From an uncultured Clostridia bacterium (GTDB lineage Bacteria; Bacillota; Clostridia; TANB77; CAG-508), in the NCBI GenBank assembly GCA_947589645.1, contig CANQCG010000001.1, positions 19,179 through 83,178 of the forward strand: a DNA stretch of 64,000 nucleotides, read 5' to 3'. Positions within the stretch are counted from its first letter, which is position 1; every line of letters begins with the position of its first letter. Of the stretch, positions 50,489 to 59,006 are shown piece by piece. Below the pieces are notes generated by a model. That model saw nothing but the letters and a program-made list of their open reading frames with translations. It searched no databases and had not been told where the DNA came from. Both the position numbers and the translations under genes were made by a program.

Positions 50489-50564
50489 TGGAGCGGGAAA
50501 CGGGGCTCAAACCCGCGACCTCTGCCTTGGCAAGGCAGCGCTCTATCAACTGAGCTATTCCCGC
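50489..50564 (-). tRNA. tRNA-Gly (anticodon GCC), CCA encoded; the D-loop and T-loop are atypical
   Basis: The reverse complement is GCGGGAATAGCTCAGTTGATAGAGCGCTGCCTTGCCAAGGCAGAGGTCGCGGGTTTGAGCCCCGTTTCCCGCTCCA. The anticodon stem is CTGCC/GGCAG with loop TTGCCAA. The T-loop is TTTGAGC (U at position 56) and the D-loop is AGTTGATA. Confidence 0.7.
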
Positions 50565-50580
50565 AAATCCTAGCTTAATT

Positions 50581-50609
50581 ATAATAACAAAATATTATAA
50601 AAAAGTCAA
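50581..50609 (-). promoter_or_regulatory. putative promoter for the tRNA-Gly/tRNA-Cys pair (TTGACT - 17 nt - TATTAT on the minus strand)
   Basis: The reverse complement reads TTGACTTTTTTATAATATTTTGTTATTAT about 15 nt upstream of the tRNA-Gly 5' end. Confidence 0.35.
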
Positions 50610-50660
50610 GAGTTAAGGATAATATTATAAAAATTATATGCACTAATATGAAAAAAAGTA

Positions 50661-51923
50661 CTACAAATTAAATATTGTTTCAAGATAATAGCAATAATTT
50701 CTTAAGAAATTATCAAAGTAAGAAAGAGAGTCTTTTTTAAAAATAGAACTTTCGCAGTAAATATTAAGACTACAAATTTCATTATCGCCTACATAACATT
50801 TCAAAACACCCATATTAGTATTTCTAAGTAAAGGAGCTTCAAAATAGTAGTTACAACTAATATCAATGTTAATATCTTTTATATTTTGGCTATTAATTGG
50901 ATATTTATCATAAGGAAATTCATCCATATATGTAGCAACAGTATTAGAAATACCTTTATTTATATTAAACTGATTTGCTGTTTGCAATTTCCAATTTGAA
51001 AAATTCTCTTTTATTATAGATTTAACATCTACCATTTTAAAATTGGCAAATGCATATTCTATAAGCTTAATGCTATCTTGAGTACGAAATTTTTTAGTAT
51101 CAGCACCTAAAACCACGCAAATAATATCTAAGTCGCCTCGTTTGCAAGCTGTTACTAAACAACGATTAGCACCATTTGTAAATCCTGTTTTTACGCCGTA
51201 AACACCACTTAAATAGCCCAAAAGTTCATTTGTATTATTAATACTTTTTGGAGAACCATTTATATATACTAAATGACTTTTTGTTCCCACAATGCTAGTA
51301 AATTGTTTGTTGTTAAGTGCATATTTAGTAAGAAGCGCAAGCTCATAAGCAGTAGTATAATGTTTATCATTATCTAGACCATGTGGAGTTACAAAATGTG
51401 TATTAGTAAGTCCCAAAATTGAGGCTTTCTTATTCATTAAATTTGCAAAACCCTCAATGTCTCCTCCAACAAATTCGGCTAAAGCAACTGCTGCATCATT
51501 ACCTGAGCATAAAAGCAAGCCATATAGTAAGTCTCGAACTGTAATTTTTGCATTAGAAGTTAGGCCAAGCCTAGATCCACCAGTTCCAGCAGCTTTGGAA
51601 GATACTGTTACAACGGTAGATAGGTCTTTAACATTTTCTAACACAACAATAGAAGTCATAATTTTAGTAGTTGAAGCCATCTTTCTAACATCATTTTCAT
51701 TTTTTCCAAATAAAATAGCTCCAGTAGATTTTTCTATAATAATTGCAGCTCTTGAATTGATATCAGGTATGGAATTTGTTGGAGATACAACTTCTAGAGT
51801 GTCTAAATCTACATCGTCTGAATAATCAATGTCGTCTGCATAACAGACATCAAATAAAAAAGAAAAAATAGACAAAATTAAGCATGCAAATATAAAAATT
51901 GCGTTTAACTTTTTGAAATTCAT
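50661..51923 (-). CDS. D-alanyl-D-alanine carboxypeptidase (S11 family, DacB/DacF-like)
   Basis: It has a signal peptide and the SxxK motif (ASTTKIM). The SGN (CSGN) and KTG (KTGFT) motifs are present, and there is a C-terminal beta domain. RBS AGGTGA. Confidence 0.85.
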   Translation of the reverse strand: MNFKKLNAIFIFACLILSIFSFLFDVCYADDIDYSDDVDLDTLEVVSPTNSIPDINSRAAIIIEKSTGAILFGKNENDVRKMASTTKIMTSIVVLENVKDLSTVVTVSSKAAGTGGSRLGLTSNAKITVRDLLYGLLLCSGNDAAVALAEFVGGDIEGFANLMNKKASILGLTNTHFVTPHGLDNDKHYTTAYELALLTKYALNNKQFTSIVGTKSHLVYINGSPKSINNTNELLGYLSGVYGVKTGFTNGANRCLVTACKRGDLDIICVVLGADTKKFRTQDSIKLIEYAFANFKMVDVKSIIKENFSNWKLQTANQFNINKGISNTVATYMDEFPYDKYPINSQNIKDINIDISCNYYFEAPLLRNTNMGVLKCYVGDNEICSLNIYCESSIFKKDSLSYFDNFLRNYCYYLETIFNL

Positions 51924-52021
51924 TAATAGGTCACCTAAAAAAATTATATAATATACTGTTAAAAAATATGATATAAAAAAACAGATACATCAATAAAGCC
52001 TAGAAAAAGCTGAAAAAACTG

Positions 52022-52050
52022 TTGATTTTGTAACAAAAATGTAATATAAT
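52022..52050 (+). promoter_or_regulatory. sigma-A-type promoter for the third giant adhesin gene (TTGATT - 17 nt - TATAAT)
   Basis: The -35 is at 52022..52027 and the -10 at 52045..52050. It is followed by a ~150-nt leader with a second candidate promoter (TTGACT ... TAAAAT near 52150). Confidence 0.4.
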
Positions 52051-52207
52051 TATATTATGAGTGTAAAAAAACACGGTGGGTTCATAAACTAGTTTCCGTA
52101 AAGAAATTTAAAACACAAAAAAACACATGAAAAATAGTTCAAATAAGCATATTGACTAAGTATAAATATATAGTAAAATATTAATTAGTAAAAAAGGAGT
52201 AATTAGT

Positions 52208-55200
52208 ATGAAAAAACAAACGGTATTCAAAAAATTATTATCAAGCATAATAGTAGCAATTATTGTCTTGGGAAACTTTAGTAGCTATAGATTAATATCT
52301 GATGCTGCATTAATAACTACTGAAGGTGATGGACCATTATATTTATCATTATCACCAACTAACGAACATGATAATGGATATGCTATTGCAGTAGACCAAG
52401 GAGAAATTATTTGGAACATTGTATCACATAGTAATGAAGAAGGCTCAAACTCAACATTTGCCTCAAACTTATATTGTATAAAGGCTCATGATGGTGGAAC
52501 TTGGTCAGGAGGAGACTCAATAGGAACACCTTCAAGTGTAATTAAGTACAATAAAAGATATAATGTACCACTAGGTGAAGAATTAATAAAAATTAATGGG
52601 GATGCAATTGCATTACAAGGAAAATATAAAAATGAATTACTTTGGTTAATAGACCACTTATTTGTAGAAGGTGAATCAGATTTAATACAATTTTTGGCCC
52701 AAGCTGATATATTCCCAGATCCAGATGAAGGAGAAGGTTATTATTACTTTAAGTCTTATAACCATGAAGATTATGGAGGAAATTATAATTCTGATGCGTA
52801 CCAAGAAACAGCCACAGAAGAGGATATATTAGCAATACAACAAGCAGCTATTTGGTATTTTACAAACTATGGGCTAAATTCTCAGCATTTTAACCAAATA
52901 CATCATGGAGCAGAGTGGCTTGAAATTGCAACAAAACAACAGTTAGAACAAACTCCAAATAAATATACTTTACTTTCTAATTACCCTAATCCAAAAGAAC
53001 ACGAAGGTAGAGCAATGCATTGCAATGCTATATACAATTACTTAATAGATGAAGCTACTAAAGTAGCTGCTGAATATAATAAAAGAGGAGAAACATATCA
53101 ACTAAAAAATTCAACAGCAACATTATGGCTATCTGCAGATGAAAATGGAAATATTAAACAAGAACAACCAGTTATAGAAGTACATAAAACTCCAAAACAA
53201 TTCGATTTAGCATTAAGAAAAGCAATAGTATCAGTTGAAAATGGCACAGTTATAAATGAAACTGGAGAAGATGCCAAAAGAAATATCGAAATAGATGAAA
53301 CAACATTAAATAATGGAGATGGAGATACAAAAACAGACACAGCAACATACAAACATAGAAAAGACCCAGTACTTGTAGAAAAAGATGATATAGTAACTTA
53401 TTCAATAACAATATACAATGAGGGAGAGCAAGATGGATATGCATCAGAAATAATAGACCAATTACCATTAGGTTTAAGATTACTAGATAATCAACCTCAA
53501 ACGGTAACCTCAACTTTAAAAAATGAATATAAGGTAGAATATATGGCATCAGAGCATAAGATAAAAATTACTAATCAAGAAACGCCAAAAACAATACCAG
53601 CATATAATGGAGTAACATTATCATCAGATTCAATACAAATAAAATGCAAAGTAGAAACAGAACCAGAAGATCTAGATTCTACTGAAAAAATTACTCTAAC
53701 TAATATAGCATATATCTCAAAAGAATATAATTCAGAAACAGGGCAAACTATTGAAAAACAGCCTGACTTAGATAGAGATTCAGAGCCAGGTACAGCACCA
53801 ACTAAAACTTATACTGATTTAAGAACCACTGGAAACGACAAAGGTTATATAGGAAATAGTGAAAATCAAAGCTTAAGATTATCAGACCCAAATGCATATT
53901 TCAAAGGTGAACAAGACGATGATGATTTTGAAAAATTAGTAATATTACCTAAAGACACATATAATTTACAAATAATAAAAGTAGATAGCAAAGATGAAGG
54001 CAAAAAGTTAGCAGGGGCAAAATTTACCATTACAGTAAATGGAGAAGATCCACAAACTTTAACAACAGATTCAGATGGTTTAATAACATTAAATGGTTTG
54101 AAATTATCAACAAAAGGAACACAAACAATAGTTATAGATGAAATTCAAGCACCAAATGGTTATAATAAAATATTAACCGAAGCAATAACAATAGAAGTAA
54201 CAGTAGACTTAGTAGATGGAAAATATACAGTAACAAGTGCTGTACAAAAAAATTCTACTTCTACAGGAGAAAAAGTTACATTAATTAATGGAACAATAAA
54301 AACAATAAAAGTAACAATACCAAATGAAAAGATAACAGGTTCATATAACATAAAAGTTGTAAAAGAGGACTTAAAAGGAAACAAATTAGCAGGAGCTAAA
54401 TTTAAAATAGAGCAAATAGATGTGGCAAATGGTAATGTACTTAAAACATATGATAATCTAACTACAACAGACGACGGAATAGTAGAAACAGGAAATATCG
54501 AAATACCTGCAGAAGGAACATATAGATATAAAATTACAGAGTTACAAGCACCAAACCATTATATTAATAAAGGTGTACCTACAATAATAGATGTAACAGC
54601 AACTATAGTAGGTGGAGCATATCAGGTTACATATAAAGAAGTATCTGGAGAAGAAAAAGCAATAGTAAAAGAAGGAAATACTATTCAAATAACAATAGAT
54701 AATACACCAATTTTTGATTTAAGTTTAAGAAAATATATAAGAGAAGTTGACGGAATTCCAGTAGAAAATAGCAGAGTACCACGCATTGATACAACAAAAT
54801 TACAAGAGGTAACAGATACAACAGCAGAATATAAACATAGAAAAGATGCTGTTTTAGTAGAAAATGGAAGTGTTGTAACATATAACATAAGTATTTATAA
54901 CGAAGGCTACATGGACGGAATTGCAAGCGTAATAAAAGACCAATTACCAACAGGTCTAGTACTAGATTTAATAAGTTTACAATCTGAAACAGTACAAGGA
55001 AAATTGCAATATTACGTAACAACCTCAAAAGGTAATAAATACATAGTAACTTATGATGAAAGTACAAATTTAGTAACATTTACATTAGATACTAACACAA
55101 CAGCTAAAAACTTAAAAGCTTACGATGATGGAAATACTTTAGATTCAGATACAATCGCAATCAAATGCATAGTAAATCAAGTAGCAGATACACAAAAAAA

Positions 55201-58108
55201 TATATATTTAACAAATATAGCATATATATATGAAGCAAAAGATGAGCAAGGAACCATAATAAAAGATCAAAAAGGAAAAGACAGAGATTCAGAACCATAT
55301 ACACATCCAGGTGAAACAGCAGATGATTTAAAGAAAGTTGGAGATGACAAAGAGGAGCAAGAAGGTTATATAGGAAATACTGATAACGAAGATTTAGAAC
55401 AAAAAGATCCTGATTCATACTTTAAAGGTGAACAAGATGACGATGACTTTGAAAAATTAGTAATTGTACCAAAAACATTTGATTTAAAACTAATAAAATT
55501 CATAGCAGCTGTAAATGGCGAATCAACTGGAAACAGAGTATTAAGTGTAGATACATCAAATTTAGGAAACGGAGAAAATGGAACCGAAACAACAGCTAAA
55601 TATATACTAGAGAAAAAACCAGTAGGAGTTAAAGCAGGAGATTTTGTAACATACACAATAAGAGTTTACAACGAAGGTGATTATGACGGATATGCTACAG
55701 AAATTTCAGAGGATATACCACAAGGATTAGAATTTATAGTAGTAACAGACGGAAATATACTTTACTCTTGGGATGGAAAGACACAAACTGATATTACAGA
55801 TCAAATTAAAGATTCAGATATGTATGAAGAAATAATTAGAGTAAACTCAAATTGGGGTTCAGATTTTAAATCTACAATAATTACAACTAAAGCATTAAGC
55901 GAAGATTTAATAAAAGGTTTTGGACAAAAAGATGTACAATATGCTGATAGCGAAAACAAAATAGACTACAAAGAAATACAAGTAATATTTAGAGTAAAAG
56001 ATGATGTAGAACCTAATGTTACAATAAGAAATGAAGCAGCAATATCAGAAGATAAAGCTGTACAAAATAATCAAGAAGTAGACATAGACGACAGAGATTC
56101 AACACCTGGAAATACAGATGACACATGGAAAAAAGAAGACTCTGACAAACATTATGATAAAGAAGAAAAATGGCCTATATATGAAGAAGATGATGAAGAT
56201 TATGATAATATTATAACTAAATCATTTGACTTAAGTTTAAGAAAGCAAATTGTAAAAATAAATGATGCAATTTATACAAACAGATTTGCAAAATTAGATG
56301 AAAAAGGCGAATATGATGATACATTATATGATTATTATGATGTATATGCACACACACCAAAAGTAAAAGCAGGAGATATAGTTACTTATTCAATAAAAGT
56401 ATACAATGAAGGCGAAATAGATGGATATGCTTCATTAATAGTAGACGAATTACCATCTGGCTTAGAATTTTATTCAAGCATATATAATGATATAGATTAT
56501 GGTTGGACATTAGTAGAAGGAAGCAAAAACTTATATCAAACAGATTATCTATCATACGAAAATGATGTAAAAAGAGGAACTATAGGAACAAAAGATTCAA
56601 CATTATTAAAAGCTTATACAGGAGAAGGAGAGGCTTCATACCAAGAAATCTTTATAGTATGTAAGGTAAAAGATGATGTAACAAAGAACGACTCATTACT
56701 AAATGTTGCACAAATAGCAGATGATAGTGATGAAAATGGAAAACCAATAAAAGATAAAGATTCAGAGCCAGGTAATAAAGACGACGAGAAACAATGGAAA
56801 GATGAAGACGACCTAGATATAGAAAACTTAGAGTTACAAGAATTCGATTTAGCATTAAGAAAATTCATAACTAAAGTAGAAAATGGAGAAAACGTAAAAG
56901 ATGTAACAACAAGAATTCCACAAGTAAGTTATGATAAAGATAAGCAACAATTAGTATATACACATCCAAAAGATGCTTTAGTAGTACATGTAGGAGATAC
57001 AGTAATATATACAATAAGAGTATATAATGAAGGTGACATAGATGGATATGCTGCAGAAGTTAAAGATGATTTACCAGAATATCTAGAATATTTACCAGAA
57101 CATAATACAAACAAAAAATATGAATGGGTAATGTATGATAAAGACGGAAATGTTACAGAAAATGTAGCAGACGCAGTATGCATAAGAACCACATATTTAG
57201 CAAAGGGAAATGGAGCAGAGAAAGAACAAGAAAATGCAAACTTATTAAAAGCATTTGATCCAAATGCAGAAATAAGTGATAATAACCCAGATTATAGAGA
57301 CATAGAAGTAGCTTTCAAAGTAAAAGACCCAAATAGTAGTGAATATGAAATAGTAAACTTTGCAGAAATATCAGAAGACACAGACAAAGATGGAGAGCCA
57401 ATAAAAGACAAAGACTCAGATACAGATAACGGAGATGGAGAGCCAAAAGAAGACGACGAAGATATTGAAAAAGTAAAAGTTGAGTATTTCGATTTAAGCT
57501 TACTAAAATATGTAACAAAAGTATTAGTAAATGAAAACGGTGTAGAGAGAACAATGGAAACAGGCAATACCGGAAATGACGAAACCGACATTATACCACA
57601 TGTACAAATAAACAAGAAAAACATAGATAAAACAGTAGTAAAATTTGTATATACAATAAAAATAACGAATGAAGGACAAATAGCAGGTGAGGCTACAGAA
57701 ATAACAGACTATGTACCAGCAGGTTTAAGATTTGTGGCAGAAGACAATGAATTGTGGACAGATGAAGGAAATAATATAATATCAACAAGGCAATTAGAAG
57801 GTACTATATTACAGCCAGGAGAAAGTGCAGAAGTAGAAGTTGTATTAAGATGGATAAATGGTGATGATAATTTAGGACCAAAAACTAACGTAGCAGAAAT
57901 ATCAGAAGACCATAATGATGAAGATGTACCAGATAAAGACTCAACACCAGATAATGAAGAACCAGGAGAAGACGATATAGATGATGCAACAGTACTATTA
58001 TCAGTAAATCAAGGTGGGGGAATCCAAAGCATATATACAAACTTAATAGTAACTTTCTTAGTAATAATATTAGTTGGAGGAATTCTAATTAAGAGATTTG
58101 TATTATAA
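52208..58108 (+). CDS. giant surface adhesin C. It has a signal peptide, an N-terminal thioester domain (TED) signature, six DUF11 repeats each ending in a KDKDSEPGN-type motif, two SpaA/CnaB-type domains and a C-terminal SVNQGGG motif followed by a TM segment and a basic tail.
   Basis: Cys90 is in NLYCIKAHDG and Gln211/212 in LAIQQAAIWYFTNYG. DUF11 blocks look like FDLALRKAIVSV...KDDIVTYSITIYNEGEQDGYASEIIDQLPLGLRLL. Prealbumin blocks look like KLAGAKFTITVNGEDPQTLTTDSDGLITLNGL. The C-terminus is ...VLLSVNQGGGIQSIYTNLIVTFLVIILVGGILIKRFVL. AAGGAG RBS. Confidence 0.85.
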   Translation: MKKQTVFKKLLSSIIVAIIVLGNFSSYRLISDAALITTEGDGPLYLSLSPTNEHDNGYAIAVDQGEIIWNIVSHSNEEGSNSTFASNLYCIKAHDGGTWSGGDSIGTPSSVIKYNKRYNVPLGEELIKINGDAIALQGKYKNELLWLIDHLFVEGESDLIQFLAQADIFPDPDEGEGYYYFKSYNHEDYGGNYNSDAYQETATEEDILAIQQAAIWYFTNYGLNSQHFNQIHHGAEWLEIATKQQLEQTPNKYTLLSNYPNPKEHEGRAMHCNAIYNYLIDEATKVAAEYNKRGETYQLKNSTATLWLSADENGNIKQEQPVIEVHKTPKQFDLALRKAIVSVENGTVINETGEDAKRNIEIDETTLNNGDGDTKTDTATYKHRKDPVLVEKDDIVTYSITIYNEGEQDGYASEIIDQLPLGLRLLDNQPQTVTSTLKNEYKVEYMASEHKIKITNQETPKTIPAYNGVTLSSDSIQIKCKVETEPEDLDSTEKITLTNIAYISKEYNSETGQTIEKQPDLDRDSEPGTAPTKTYTDLRTTGNDKGYIGNSENQSLRLSDPNAYFKGEQDDDDFEKLVILPKDTYNLQIIKVDSKDEGKKLAGAKFTITVNGEDPQTLTTDSDGLITLNGLKLSTKGTQTIVIDEIQAPNGYNKILTEAITIEVTVDLVDGKYTVTSAVQKNSTSTGEKVTLINGTIKTIKVTIPNEKITGSYNIKVVKEDLKGNKLAGAKFKIEQIDVANGNVLKTYDNLTTTDDGIVETGNIEIPAEGTYRYKITELQAPNHYINKGVPTIIDVTATIVGGAYQVTYKEVSGEEKAIVKEGNTIQITIDNTPIFDLSLRKYIREVDGIPVENSRVPRIDTTKLQEVTDTTAEYKHRKDAVLVENGSVVTYNISIYNEGYMDGIASVIKDQLPTGLVLDLISLQSETVQGKLQYYVTTSKGNKYIVTYDESTNLVTFTLDTNTTAKNLKAYDDGNTLDSDTIAIKCIVNQVADTQKNIYLTNIAYIYEAKDEQGTIIKDQKGKDRDSEPYTHPGETADDLKKVGDDKEEQEGYIGNTDNEDLEQKDPDSYFKGEQDDDDFEKLVIVPKTFDLKLIKFIAAVNGESTGNRVLSVDTSNLGNGENGTETTAKYILEKKPVGVKAGDFVTYTIRVYNEGDYDGYATEISEDIPQGLEFIVVTDGNILYSWDGKTQTDITDQIKDSDMYEEIIRVNSNWGSDFKSTIITTKALSEDLIKGFGQKDVQYADSENKIDYKEIQVIFRVKDDVEPNVTIRNEAAISEDKAVQNNQEVDIDDRDSTPGNTDDTWKKEDSDKHYDKEEKWPIYEEDDEDYDNIITKSFDLSLRKQIVKINDAIYTNRFAKLDEKGEYDDTLYDYYDVYAHTPKVKAGDIVTYSIKVYNEGEIDGYASLIVDELPSGLEFYSSIYNDIDYGWTLVEGSKNLYQTDYLSYENDVKRGTIGTKDSTLLKAYTGEGEASYQEIFIVCKVKDDVTKNDSLLNVAQIADDSDENGKPIKDKDSEPGNKDDEKQWKDEDDLDIENLELQEFDLALRKFITKVENGENVKDVTTRIPQVSYDKDKQQLVYTHPKDALVVHVGDTVIYTIRVYNEGDIDGYAAEVKDDLPEYLEYLPEHNTNKKYEWVMYDKDGNVTENVADAVCIRTTYLAKGNGAEKEQENANLLKAFDPNAEISDNNPDYRDIEVAFKVKDPNSSEYEIVNFAEISEDTDKDGEPIKDKDSDTDNGDGEPKEDDEDIEKVKVEYFDLSLLKYVTKVLVNENGVERTMETGNTGNDETDIIPHVQINKKNIDKTVVKFVYTIKITNEGQIAGEATEITDYVPAGLRFVAEDNELWTDEGNNIISTRQLEGTILQPGESAEVEVVLRWINGDDNLGPKTNVAEISEDHNDEDVPDKDSTPDNEEPGEDDIDDATVLLSVNQGGGIQSIYTNLIVTFLVIILVGGILIKRFVL

Positions 58109-58124
58109 TAATTTGCCTAAAATG

Positions 58125-58158
58125 AAAAAAGAAAAGTGAGCAATCACTTTTCTTTTTT
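58125..58158 (+). terminator. rho-independent terminator after adhesin C
   Basis: Stem AAAAAAGAAAAGTGA / TCACTTTTCTTTTTT with loop GCAA. Confidence 0.7.
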
Positions 58159-58217
58159 GCATTTTAAAAAAGTTAAATACAATTTTTAAAAATCTTGAGA
58201 GCGTTTTTTAAATTTAA

Positions 58218-58246
58218 TTGACTACAAAAAATGGTTATGATATAAT
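58218..58246 (+). promoter_or_regulatory. consensus sigma-A promoter (TTGACT - 17 nt - TATAAT)
   Basis: The -35 is at 58218..58223 and the -10 at 58241..58246. It is followed by GAGGTG and a 15-codon uORF, then the membrane-protein gene. Confidence 0.55.
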
Positions 58247-58300
58247 CAATTTCAGTAAAATGTAAGAGGTGAAAGTACATGAATCAAATTCTTGATACAA

Positions 58301-58993
58301 ATGAAAACAAGCGGGAAAAAGCATAGAAAAATGGTAGATTCTCAAAAAATAATTATATTTTTTGCAATTTTTATTGTTATATTTGCAATATGTTTAATTG
58401 GAATAGGTGCCAATTTACTTATGAAGGTACGTAGTAATGAGCCTAAAAACGAAGGCAATATTACACAAGAACCTAATACTCCACAAGAAAATCCAACTGA
58501 ACCAAACATAAACATAACATTTGAAGGTGGAGAGCCAGGACAAGTAAAAGTAATTGTAGCAAGCGATAAAGATATACAAAATATAGATTATTGGTGGGAT
58601 GATGAAGCTCCAACAACAGTACAACCAAATGATAAAAAATACGAAATGGTAATTTCTTCTAAACAAGGAACTCATAAATTAAATGTAGAAGTTACAGATA
58701 TAGATGGCAACAAAAAAACGTCAGACCAGCTTGTTATAGGTGATTCAGTACCTGAACTACAACTAGGAGTAGATGGAGTAAGTAATTATGTAATTAAAGC
58801 AACTGATGACGAACAAATTAAAAAGATAGTAATAGTGCTAAATGGAGAAACTCAAGAAATCGAAGTTAATGAGAAAGAATTTGAATATAAAGTGCCAATA
58901 CCAGAAGGAGACAGTGTAATAGAAGTTACTGCTTATAATTTAAATGGATTATCAGTTAATAAAAAAGGTAAAGTAAATAACTTTAGACGTTAA
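58301..58993 (+). CDS. hypothetical membrane-anchored protein with two beta-sandwich-like repeats. The start is ambiguous (ATG 58301 or ATG 58331; the track shows TTG 58292).
   Basis: Its N-terminal TM segment (IIIFFAIFIVIFAICLIGIGANLL) is followed by a ~190-aa extracytoplasmic region. The strong RBS upstream instead serves a 15-codon uORF (58279..58326, MNQILDTNENKREKA) in another frame. Confidence 0.55.
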   Translation: MKTSGKKHRKMVDSQKIIIFFAIFIVIFAICLIGIGANLLMKVRSNEPKNEGNITQEPNTPQENPTEPNINITFEGGEPGQVKVIVASDKDIQNIDYWWDDEAPTTVQPNDKKYEMVISSKQGTHKLNVEVTDIDGNKKTSDQLVIGDSVPELQLGVDGVSNYVIKATDDEQIKKIVIVLNGETQEIEVNEKEFEYKVPIPEGDSVIEVTAYNLNGLSVNKKGKVNNFRR

Positions 58994-59006
58994 AATAGGA
59001 GGAAAT

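Noticed and set aside
50372-50578. A 68-aa plus-strand ORF
   Set aside because: It lies exactly over the two minus-strand tRNA genes and is simply the antisense of tRNA-Cys and tRNA-Gly.
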